A stretch of 64,000 nucleotides of DNA from Hyphochytrium catenoides. Taxonomy: Eukaryota > Protista > Hyphochytriomycota. The stretch's first letter is position 1; the number at the start of each line of letters is the position of its first letter. The stretch is taken from positions 14,354-78,353 of the forward strand of contig FLMG01003832.1 of NCBI GenBank assembly GCA_900088475.1. Reading direction: 5' to 3'. Under the pieces are notes generated by a model. That model was not told where the DNA came from and made no database searches. It saw only the letters and a list, made by a program, of their open reading frames with translations. Both the position numbers and the translations under genes were made by a program. This document shows, one piece after another, positions 11,230 to 22,420 of the stretch.

Positions 11230-14200
11230 GTAAAGAGGTAAAGAGGAGGGGAGAGAAGGAGAAAGAGAAGGGCGGAGATGGGAAGGAAAGAGTTAGTTGA
11301 GCAAGACAACGAGGGGAGAAGAAGGCAAGGGGAAGACGAGAGAGAGAAAGAGAGAGAGCGGGGGAGCAAGAGAGAGCAAAGGGATAAAAGAAAAGGAGAA
11401 AGCAGAGAGGAGGAAAGAGAAGAAAGAGAGGAACAGAGAAAGAAGAGACCAATACAGAGAAGGAGAGAATGGCACCTCTTAGGTTCGGCGAAATCGGGCA
11501 ACGAGAGACAAAAAGTGGGACACGAATACAGACAGACGGAGAGAGAGAGAGAGAGAGAGAGAAACTTGGACAGGGTAGCTAGAGAACAAGAGAGAGAGAG
11601 AGCGAGCGAGAGCGGGGAAGACAGAGAGAGAGAAAGTAGGAGAGCAGCGAGAGAGACGAAGCAGGTTGCTCTGACCTCAACCAGAATAGAGAACATCGGT
11701 GTACCGGCTCTTTCTAGAGGAACATCTGGGTGAGCATCACGCTCCTCTCTTTTTTCCTCTCTCTCTTTCTTTTTCTCTCTCAGTCCTCCTAGCAACTCTC
11801 TCAGCTGTGGATGGGAGAGAATGTCTTGCAAGGAAGAGAGAGGGAGAGAGGCGAGAAGAGAGATTCCTCTCTCTATCACCGACCGCGCGGCCCTTATATC
11901 TCCCGCCACCGAGAGCTCATCCACAACGAGTATCTGGAAGAGAGAGACAGAGAGAGAGAGAGAGGCCCAGCGAAAGAGAGAAGAAGAGAGAAAAGTCAGT
12001 GAGGAGTCGGAAGAGGGTGAAAGAGAGAGGCGATTCAACGCGGCAAGTGAGAAGCGGAGAAACGCAAGAGAGATAGAGAGAGAACAAGAGAGAGAGAGAG
12101 GGAAGGAGAAAGAGAATAATAGGCCTTTCCTCGGCAAAAGCGTCCTGAGAGACAAGTGTGCAGAAGAGAAAAGAAGTAAAGGTTGGAAAGCTCGAGGAAA
12201 GAGAAAAAACAGTAAAAAGAGGAGCTTTTTTTTTGCTCTTAGCTTTCTCTCTCTCTCTTCCTTTCACTCCTCTCATAGTCTGTCTCTTTCTCATTGTACT
12301 TCCCTGTCTTTCCTCTCTCTCTCCCTCTCTCTTGCAGATTCTCGTTGTGGATGAGCTACACTCTCTCTCTCTCTCTTACCTCTGGCTTGTAGTTCCTGAC
12401 TGCTTCCTCTATCACTCTTTCTTGTTCCTCCCTTTTGCCCACTTGCAATCTCCGAGAGAGAGAGAGAGAAGAGTGAGGAAGATCTCCGTCTCCTCCCAGC
12501 TCGTTAAATGTGTCAACCACTACGACCGAAGGGGAAGAGAGAGAGCTGAGAGAGGAAGCGAAGGCTCGTAGTAGAGTTGTCTTTCCTAAAAAGGGGCGAA
12601 AGCGAGAGGGAGAGAGAGATTCATGGGATGAGACCAGAAGAGCGACTATAGCTTGGTATAGAAAGAAGAGAAGACAAAAGAGAGAGAGAGAGAGAGAGAG
12701 AGATGGGTAGGTAGATAGATAGATAAAGAGAATGGAAGAGAGAAGAGCCGATGATAGAGGGAAAACAATCAAGGAAAGAGACTTCCGAGAGAGAGAAACT
12801 TAGGTCTCGATAGATGCACGATGTAGTTGTGGGGAGGAAAAAGAAGGGAGGAGATAGAAGGGATCAGAGAGAGAGAGAGAAGAGTCCGGCAAGAGAAAGA
12901 GAGACTGGTTGGCCAGAAAAAGAAACAAGGAAAAGACGAGGGAAAGAGAGAGGTCCGCGGAGAAAAGACAGAGTGAGAAAGAGATCCGATGCCAACGGTA
13001 CACAGAGTCAGACCATATTTAGAGAGAGAGAGAGAGAGGAGAAGCAGGGCCGAAGAGAGAGGGAGAAAGAGGTGTTCAGATAGAGAATGGGATATGGGTC
13101 AAGAGAGTAATGGACATTTAGAGAGACGCACAAACGATGAGCTATGGACAGAGCCAGAGAGAGCAGAACGAGTAAAGGAGAAGAGAGAGAGAGTAAAAGG
13201 GAGAGAGAGAAAGAGAGAGAAAAGAAGTATTCTCCTTACCAACTCCCTTCGGTCCCACCACTAGCACAGAAAGCCTACTTCCTCTTCCTCCGCCGCTTCC
13301 TCTCTCTCTCTCTGTCCGTAGACAGGAAATGACGTCCCTTAACAGCTCCTCCACCCCGAAGATGTGCCGCCCCACCGAGAGAGAGACGCCCAAGACTTTC
13401 TCTCTCCCTCGAGAGAGAAGGAACGAGAGACGATGCAGTGTTCTCGCTATTCCTAAGCGATTGTCAGAGGGAAGAAAGTCGAGCAACTTTCTCTTTCTCT
13501 TTCCTCTCTCTTCTCCTCCTCCTCCGTCTCGAGCGAAAGACGAGGTGCTTGTAGTAGGAGGGTAAGAAGGAGGCGGACTGTGTGGGGAAGACTCTCTTCC
13601 TCTGTCTTTCTCTCTCTCTTTCCCCTCTTCTCCTCCTACCGTGTCTGCTCTTGAAGAAGAAGACAGAGAGACAAGAGGGGAAGAGTGGCCGCTCATTGGA
13701 CTTGTCTTTCTCTCTTCTGCCTCTCTCTCTCTCGTTACGCCTGATCCACGTGCCGTTCTTCCTTGTCGGTAGGAGAGAATCTTTTCTGCTCTCTCTCTTA
13801 TTTTCTCTTTCCTGCTCTCGGAAGGGAGAGAGACCTCCCGGGTGTAGTGCGCTTCAAAGTACCGCAAGAACCCATCAAACGCCCTAGCGCTGGAAAGGTT
13901 AGAGGCCGTTACCGCCTCTATCCGCCTTCCATCTCTAAATATAACTATGGGGTTTCTTCCCAATTCATAGATAATCTCCGTTACCGGCTCTCTCTGGCTG
14001 TGAGCTCGGAGGGTGGCCACGATAGAAGACTGAAGCTCCGAAGGAAAGAACTGAAGAGAAGAGAGAAGAGCTTCTTCATCATCTTGTTCTGGAAAAGGGA
14101 GAGAGACAATCCTTCTTTTCTCTTGCTCTCTTTCTTCTTTCCTGTCCTGATCTGTGCCTGCGGTGTTCTCTCCCTTGCTCCCACTTTCTTCCATCTGCAG

Positions 14201-14908
14201 TGCTGTCTTCTTCCTTTTCTCTTCATGCTCTTCCTCATGATGAGGCTTGCAAGTTGTCTCTTCTTCTTCTTGTTCTCTCTCTTTTGTCTCTGGTTGGAGA
14301 GAGGAAGGGAGGCCGCAGGAGGGACGAGAGGGAGAGTAGCACTCAGTCGGTCCTTCTCTCTTAACGATTCTCTCCGTTTCAGAGAAGACGGCAGAAGAGG
14401 AGAGAGAAGCCTTCTCTCGGTTTTTCTTCTCGCTCTCTGTTCCTTCTCTCCTATTGTCTTGTTCCTCTACCTTCACAGTCGAAGGAGGGATAAACTGGTA
14501 CTCTGGCACGTAGATGTCCGGAAGAGAGAGAGAGGACATCGAAGAAGAGAGTGGTTCTTCCCCATTTCTGCTGAGCCTTGAAAAACTAAGGCGAAGGGGA
14601 ACATTGTAAGGAGGAAAGACTCCTTCTTCTCTCCGTCTCTCTGCTTCTCTCCTCCTTCGTCTCTCTTCCTCTTCCTCTTCAAACCCTTCCTCAACGCTTT
14701 GTCTCTCTTCTTCTTCTTCTCTTTCTGTCCCTCGCCTAACGCCTTCTCTACTGGTTTGTTCTAAATATCTATCCGTCCATGAGGACGTGGAAGAGGCATC
14801 TTCCTGTTTCCAGCTTATTTCCAAGAGTTCTTTCAGGTCAAAAAGAGGAGACACTTCATAGGCCGCATACTCTGCAAGCCTACACTTGTTCATTAGGATC
14901 ACCTTGAC

Positions 14909-14944
<36 letters not shown>

Positions 14945-17900
14945 AGTTAGCTCATTACAGTCTAGGGTGTCCTGCTACTTCTAGAGGAGAGCATCATTGG
15001 CCAGATCGAAAGAGAGTGATAGAAAGAGAGAAAGATTACCTCTACATTGAGAAAGTATGAAACGGAAGGGAGAGTGAAAAGAGGAAGTTCAGAGAAGAGA
15101 GAGATACGCGGTGGCCGCTACTAGCCAATAAAAGCTACCGGACCGAAAGAGAGAGAGACCAAACCCAACTACTATCTGTGCCTGTCACCAGTTCCTCTCT
15201 CTCTCTCTCTCTTTTCGCTATCACCTTTTTTCTCTTCTAGCTCTCCTCCCCCCAATGTTAGCAGAGGAAATGGAAAAACGAGAAAGATGGAGAGGAGACA
15301 GAAGAGAGAGAAAGTCTCACCTGCCGCCACTTTTTTGCTGGTTGGCGGCGCAGCAGACGCTGGAAATCCGTTAATATCTTTTCCCAGAGAGAGCGAAGAG
15401 GATGAGGAGGAAGATTCACAAGGTGCAGCAGCTCATCGAGAGGAATAGAGGAGAATGTCCTTTCTCTCTCTTGTGCAGATTCCTCTTCTCCCTCTTTCTT
15501 GGTTACAAAGGGAGAGTAAGGTTCCGTCCTCCTAACCTCGTCTTCTGCTATTATCTCACTCTCTGCTGTTCTGGCTGGAGCTGAAAACTCTTCTGTGTCT
15601 CTTCTCTTCTCCTCCGTTTGGGAGAGAGCTTGATGCGTTTTCAAAGAGAGGCTTTTCCCTTCTCCCTCTTCATCTAGCTCCATAGACTCAGGAGATTGTG
15701 GGACTCGCTCTTGCTCTTCTCTTTCTTTATCCTCTTGAGAGGGAAAAACTCTGTCACCTTCTCCCTTTACGGAGGAGAGAGGAGAGAAATGCTCGTCTGT
15801 CCTTCTTTCTCTCTGATCTTCTTCTTCTTCTCTCCACTGCGCGGCTTCTAGAAGGTTCTTCTCTTCTTCCTGTCTCAGCAGCTGATGATAGACTTCCATG
15901 GTGTCAAAGACCGTTTCCGGCTTTATCTTCCACTTTCTCTCCAAAAGGCCCGCGACTCTCTCTCTCTCGTGGACGACTTTCTCCACTTCTGGATCTTCAA
16001 ACACCTGCTTTAGCACAGAAACATAGAGCATTTCTTCCTTACCTAGGGGTTCTGAGAGATCCAACAGGTAGACTCTCTCTTCTTCCACGAAAGGAGAAGG
16101 TCCTACCAGAAGAGAGAGAAGAGAGAAACATATACCCGTTCCTCTTCTCTCTCTCTCTCCTTCGTCATCCATGACGATTTCTTCTATGTTCAGCGCTATC
16201 TCTTTGCACGTAGTTACATGCTTTGTGAACTCTTCTCTCCAAGTCTCTCTCCCACCAGGGAGGAGAAGGGTAACGCGGAGAGAGCGTTGCACTTTGTTTT
16301 TCACAGTGTGAATATAAAGAACCGGATCCCAGAAGGAACATTCTTCTTCTTCTTTCTCTCCCCATATTTCGCCCTCTCCTGTCTCTCTGATTCCTTCTCC
16401 TCTTCTCTTTCTTTTTGTCTTTGTGGGATCTTGAGTAAGGGAAACTTCTTTTTCTTCATCTTCGTCCTCTTCTTCGAGTTCCATGTCACTTCTCCTCTCT
16501 CTCTCTTTCCTTTCTCCCTGCTGCTCTTCATGGGGAAACTCGTCCACCTTTTCGCCTTTCTTAGACAGTTCCTCCTGAAGAGAAGTGAGGAATGTCATGG
16601 AAGACGGAAGAGAAGTTTCTGTTGATGAAACGAGAGAGAGAGAAGGTGGCTCCTGGCCAAGAGATGACGGGGGTTTTGCCTTCTTTCCGTCCTGGGAAGA
16701 AGAGACAGAGACCCGCTCTTTGCTTTCTTCTTTCTTTCTCGTTCCTGCTCCCTCCAAGTCAGCGTCTCTCTCTTTCTCTTCACCCACGTGCTTGGGCTTT
16801 CCTTCTTCTTTCTTTATGAGAGCTTTATTCCTCTCACTCCCTGCCTCCTCTGTCCCTCCAGTCTGCGGTTTCTCTTCATCTTTCTGGGCAGCGAGAGGTT
16901 GAGAAGAGGTCTTCTGTTTTTTCTTGGAAGGCGCTTCTTCTTTGGTGCTGTCTTCGGGAGAGAGAGAAGAGCTCTCACCCTTCTCCTTCTTGGGGAGTTG
17001 GGATTTAGAAGAGGTCGCAATGTTCCCTTCTCGCTTTCTATAGTCTCTCTCTCTGTCTCTTTCTTTGCGCATTTCTTCTTCCGGAAAACGGGGCCTCCGT
17101 TGGTTTTCTCTAACAAGCCTTCCCTTTTCTTCATCTTCTTTCTCCACATAGTGATGCACTTTCCTGTAGCTTTTGTTAGGACTGGAAGAGCAAGGGAAGA
17201 CTGCTCTTCTTCTCTCTTCTCCTCTCTCTTCTTCCACATAGTGTTCCACTTTTCTATAAGGTTTGGTGGGACTTCCATATCCTGCTCTCTCAATATCTTC
17301 TACCACCCTTCTGAAAGAAGAGGGAGGAGCCCTTGTTGGGGCAAGAGAGAGAGACGAAGAAGAAAGGGATGAGACCTCTCTCTCCCGCGTCGAGGCAGAA
17401 AGACGGACGATGAGGTTGCTCCCTTTCCTCGGAGGCGGAAGTAGAGATGTTTTTGAGGGAGAGAAAGTAGAAGAGACGATGAGGCTTTCGTCTTTTTCCT
17501 CTCTCTCTTCTTCTCCCCTATCGCGTTTGTTCAGCTTCTCATTCCATCGCAATTTCTGTCTTCTCTTTCCGGAGAGACGGATCTTTCTCTCTTCTCCTTC
17601 TCCTTCGACAAAGAAGCCCGCGAAGTCGGAATTTTTAAATGTTTCCGCATAGATGGGATCCGAATATACGGTTTGAATCCGTTCCATGACCCGCGAGAGA
17701 GGGAGCTCTAAGGCTTGAGGCGACTCAACCACGATTAATCCGGTTACGAAAGCGTCAACTTTCTCCAAAATCTGCCTGTGATAGGCTGACATATCTGGAA
17801 CCCGATGAGAGAGATCTGGAATAAGCCGTGCTCGAGGGATAGTGTGAGAGAAAGAGCGAGAGAGAGAAAGAGAGGATGCTGAAGAAAGCCGCGGAAGAGG

Positions 17901-18834
17901 AAGTCTCTCTTCTCCCGGTCTTTTCCAGGTCTCTCCTCTCTCTCTCTCTTCTTCTCTCTCTCGCCTGTAGGAGCTTCCACCGCGATAACTAGAGGAAGAA
18001 GAAGGAGAAGAGAACCGCGGAGGAGAGAAAGAGGATCGCGATCTTTTAAGAGAGGGACGGAGAGAAGTAGAAGAAGAAGAGAGAGAAGAAGAAGAATGGC
18101 CGCGATAGGAGTAGCTAGATCCTCTTTCTTCTCCTCCTCTATAAGAGTAATTAGAAGAGGAAGAGGTCTCTCCTCGGAAAGATGAAGAAAAAGAGAGAGG
18201 ACGACGGTAGGAAGAATAAGAGTTCGAGGAGAGAGAAGAAGAAGGGAGAGACGGAGGGACGGAAGAAGAGAAATCCGTCCTTCTTCCCTTTTCGGCTCGA
18301 GCCGTCTTCAAAGGCTTGTAATACGTGTCCGAGGGAATCTGAGAGGAAGAAGAAGAAGGGAGTTGCACGCGTAGTTCTCTTCCAAAATGATCGACGTCTC
18401 TCTTCTTTTTCTTATCGACCGTTGTGTGTGTCTCTCTGTTGTTATCTCTCGTGACGGTGGGAGACGTTCTGCGCAAAGGAGAGAAAGGACGAACCGTGAA
18501 GCAGAGGAGAGAGAGAAGAGAGATTAGAACAGACTGAGAGAGACGGCGAGAGAGAAGAGAAAGAGACGCCAAGAGAGAGAGAGAGAGAAGAACGAGAGAA
18601 GAGAAACCTGGAGAGACGTATGTAGAGGGAGAATGAGAGCTATAGCCAGAGAGAGAAAGGGAAAGAGACTAACCTTGTCGATATGAGAGATTCTTTCTCT
18701 CTTCCGCCACCGGCAGAGGTGGTGGACATTGTTGTTCCCTTGTTATCTCTCTCTTTGAGAGAGTTTGTCTCTTTCTCTCTTTCTTGCGTTCTCTCTTCTT
18801 TTCCTCCCGTGTTCGCAGTAGCTTCTTCGCTCAT
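10963..18834 (-). CDS. Degenerate 3'-5' exonuclease (DEDDy/EXD-like) domain fused to a Ycf45/SpoIIIAA-like P-loop ATPase, ~1,878 aa, 6 exons
   Basis: Phase-consistent GT-AG model: 18834-18674, 18468-15321, 14902-13240, 12585-12380, 11933-11676, 11163-10963 (5637 nt). Ycf45-type motifs occur in order: EIIYELGRNP, DNRLGIARTLHRLS, VGRHIFG, Walker A GPKGVG/KTT (split by an intron), VVVDTFNELGGDGDLPH, RRLQV, EAVRNYKPE/ILVVDE (Walker B), ERG, PLERAGTPMF, LHSDLSASVDAIL. Exonuclease-like segments: EIALNIEE, VYLLDL, LKQVFEDPEVEKVVH, VFDTM, LDELL, EYAAYEV. Confidence 0.88.
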
Positions 18835-19378
18835 CTCTCTCTTGCCCTCCTATTCTCACAAGTATAGGAGACGTAGAAGGAAACGCGAAAGAGAGAACGA
18901 GAGAGAGGCAGGAAGAGAAAACGAGAGAGAAGCAGAAAGAGAGATGTTCACGTTTCTCTCTCTCTCGTTCTCGCTCTCTCTCTTTATCGGAAGAGAAGAT
19001 AGAGACGACAAGAGATAGGAGCGAGAGACAAAGGAGCAAAGAGAGAGCCTACAGTAACAGAAGCTCGCAATGAAAGAGAGAGGGAAGAGAAGAAGTCTCT
19101 TTCTCCTCTCTCTTCATGCCTGAAAGACAAGCAGCAAACCAAATAAACGTTAGTAAGGATAAAGAGAAGAGAGAGAAAGAGGATTAAAGAGAGAGACACA
19201 GGAGAAAACCCTGGGAGATCCTGGACAGCAACAATACACAATGAGAGGAGAGACAGAGAGAGAGAGAGAGAGAAGAAAAAGAGAGAGAGCACGCAAGAGA
19301 GACAGAGATGGGGACAAGGGAGAGAGAGGAACGAAGAGAGAGACAGACAGAACAGGACAGCGAGAGAGGGTTTCATTG

Positions 19379-19483
19379 CTAACCTTCAGGTAACACGCGA
19401 CATTGTTTACTTGTATATGCACATAAAGCAGTGGGAGCAACGCGCGCGCGAAAGAGAGAGAGAACGAGAGAGAGTGAAAGAAA

Positions 19484-19516
<33 letters not shown>

Positions 19517-20460
19517 AAGAAAAGAACCGCAGTGAAAGGGAGAAAGATACTTCAAAAAGCACCGCAAGGCCGCGATCTATCAGAAGTTTATAATAGTGAG
19601 CTGCCAGAGATANNNNNNNNNNNNNNNNNNNNNNNNNNNNNNNNNNNNNNNNNNNNNNNNNNNNNNNNNNNNNNNNNNNNNNNNNNNNNNNNNNNNNNNN
19701 NNNNNNNNNNNNNNNNNGAGAGAGAGAGGAGAGGCAGGGAAGAGAGAGAAATAGAGAGAGATAGCGAGCGAAAGGGTGGATGAGAAAGGTGTCAAAGGAA
19801 AGGAGGAGGGAGAGGGAAAAGGGCAGACAAAGCTCAACAGGAAAAGAGATGGAAAAGCAAAGAGAGAGCGCAGCACGACCAACCGGCAAAAGAAGGCAAC
19901 AGCAGGAGAGACACCGCAACGGAAAGAGGAAAGACACAATGAGACGACGGAAGAGCAGGCAGCAAGCAACCAAGGGGCCAAGGACGGCAAGGAGAGAGAG
20001 AGACGGCAAGAGAGAGAGAGAGAGAGAGAGAGAGANNNNNNNNNNNNNNNNNNNNNNNNNNNNNNNNNNNNNNNNNNNNNNNNGAGAGAGAGAGAGCTCC
20101 TGATGAAAGTGCAAGCCACAGCTGGCGTGCTTCCGTTCTGTTCATGCAACGTGAGTCCGACGAGTAAAGATCGCTAGCGAGACAGAGTAGTGCTAGAACG
20201 ACCACAAAGCATGACGAGATTTGAATGAAGAGAGAGAGAGAGACCGGGCAAAAGAGACGAGAAAAATCAAAGAGAAAGAGAGAGGACTGGTAGAGATTAA
20301 CAGAGGAAGGTGAAGCCAGAGTGAGCAGAGAGGAAAGAGAGATTTGGTTAGGAGCAAGAAAGAACTCATCTCAGACCTCCCCGTGGAGACATGACATACA
20401 CCAAAATAAACGAGAAGTGTAACACTACTTACTATGTAAGATACCAGCATTACCGAAAAC
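19379..20460 (-). CDS. Probable further copy or fragment of the membrane module seen at 22421-27040 (broken by gaps)
   Basis: HYYKLLIDRGLAVLF resembles YSVVELASNRGITL and VWSFFMNRGLNF. VAPTALCAYTSKQCRV resembles KYPQNCVMLRSRVKIV. Two N gaps and CT tracts prevent a model. Confidence 0.35.
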
Positions 20461-20502
20461 AGCGAGCTCTATAGTTTTATGAAGAAAGTAGCGCCTTCTC
20501 TG

Positions 20503-20715
20503 TGCAATGGCGAAGATAGAGAGAGAGGTAGAGAGAGAAAGAGAGAAAGAGATAGAGATAAAGGAGAGAGAGGCAGAGGAAAGGGGAAGTGTTAGAAGAC
20601 AAAGTGTGCTCTGCGCAATGGCGAGGATTGAGAGAGAGGTAGAGAGAGAAAGAGAGAAAGGGAGAGAGATAAAGGAGAGAGAGACAGCAGAGGAAAGGGG
20701 AAGTTTTAGAAGAAG
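20503..20715. repeat. Two-copy ~111-bp tandem duplication
   Basis: gcaatggcga..gagagaggtagagagagaaagagagaaag..gcagaggaaaggggaagt at 20504 and 20615. Confidence 0.85.
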
Positions 20716-21179
20716 TCAAAATGTGAAATGAAGAAAAGAGAAAGCGACAAACCGAGAGCTGAGAAAAAGAGAGACACAGAATAGAAAAAAAATAAGCACA
20801 AGCGACAAAAGGAGATAATAAAAAGAGAAGCCCCTCTCTTCACCCAATAACGGCAAGAGAAAAGACGAAAAAGGAAGATTATTAATGAAGAAAGACGAGA
20901 GACTGCAAGCGAAAGACATAAGAAAAAGCCAGAGAGACGAATCGCGCATCTTTGGTGAGGAAGATCAATCTACTTCCTGTCAATCTTCCCCGCCCTAGAA
21001 GGTGACTACTAGTGTTACTCTTGTTCTTTTCATGTTCGTGGTACATTTTTTATCTTTCCTTCCTCTTCAAATAGCAGTCTAGTAGCCATCCTGAAAATTT
21101 GTTAGTTCATAAGGAGATGTGGAGAAGGAGAGCGTGTTGAGAAAGAGTCCAGGACTCTGTAACTCTTGCCTCCTGTTCA

Positions 21180-21430
21180 TTTTGTTTCTTCTCCTTCTTC
21201 TTCTTCTTCTCCTTCTTCCTCTTCTTTTTCCTCTTCTTCTCCTTCTTCTCCTTGTTCTCCTTCTCCTTCTTCTTCTTGTCCTTCTTCTTCTTCCTCTTCT
21301 TCCTCTTCTTCTTCCTCTTCTTCTCCTTCTTCTCCTTGTTCTTCTTCTCCTTCTTCTTCTTCTTCTTCCTCTTCTTCCTCTTCTTCTCCTCCTTTTCTTC
21401 TTCTCCTTCTCTTTCTCTCCTTTTCTTCGA
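21180..21430. repeat. (CTT/CCT)n tract
   Basis: Direct reading. Confidence 0.95.
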
Positions 21431-21599
21431 GTAGTTCTTCTTTCATATAGCAGTCGATAAATCATAATAATATTTTAAAAAAGAATATATAAGAGCAAAC
21501 CCAATAAAATATCACATTCTCATAAGGTTATCTACTTCTTACTTCTTACACCATTCGTCTACTAGTCACTCCTTTATTTTATTATATAAAATAATAACT

Positions 21600-22170
21600 G
21601 CTTTTTATAGAAAATAATAAGGTTCAAGAGGAGAAAAAGGGAAGGTTTTCTCTCTCATATGATCGATGAGGAAGATGATCTCCCCCGCGTCCTCCTCCTC
21701 GCTGTCCTCACAGCTCCCGCTTCCTGTTGATCCTTCTCTCCCCACCGCCCTCAGTGGCCGCGGGGTGATGATGGAGCTGCTTCCTTCCTTCTTTTTTCTC
21801 TTTCTGGCCTACGACGAGTTGTCGCTGTCGCTCTTGTTCCTCTTCTGGTTCGTATCACTGTTCCCATATCTTCCTTTTCTCCTCCTTTTCCTCTAGCTAC
21901 GGCCGCCTGGCTCCTATATAAACTCCTCCTGTTGCTGTTTTTTAAAGAGGAGAATCAAGAGAATGTCTTCTCTCCCATATGATCGGTTAGGAAAATGATC
22001 TCCCCGCGTCCTCCTCGCTGTCTCCTTCCTGTCGAACCTCCCCGACCCGCCCTCAATGGCCGCGGGGTGATGATGGAGCTGCTTCCTTCCTCTTTTTTTT
22101 TTCTCTTTCTGGCCTACTAACTTTCGCTCTTGTTCCTCTTCTCTTTCATAGTACGTTTCTTCCATATTTT
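21600..22170. repeat. Diverged two-copy ~320-bp tandem duplication
   Basis: catatgatcg..aggaa.atgatctcccc.gcgtcctcctc...ggccgcggggtgatgatggagctgcttccttcct...tttctggccta occurs at ~21656 and ~21976. Confidence 0.85.
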
Positions 22171-22420
22171 CTTTATATAACCGTAGTCCACGAGTTCACT
22201 CCTTGATGATTGTTCGTTAGTAAAAGGCCATTTCATCTTTATAAAAAAGAGGAAAGGATATTCGCAATCGATACAAAGGAACAGGTGACTAAGAAGGAAG
22301 AGAGAAGAAGAAGAAGTAAAAGGAAGAAGAAGAGAGACATCTACTGACTACGGAGGGGGAAGGGATAAAATCAGAGAAAGAAGAAAAAGAGAGAAAGGGG
22401 GAGAATTGTACGTTTTCTAT

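Noticed and set aside
15258-18572. Standalone 1104-aa gene with an N-terminal signal peptide
   Set aside because: The hydrophobic start and the tail are translated intronic CT tracts. Splice sites at 18468 and 15321 link it to the flanking exons.
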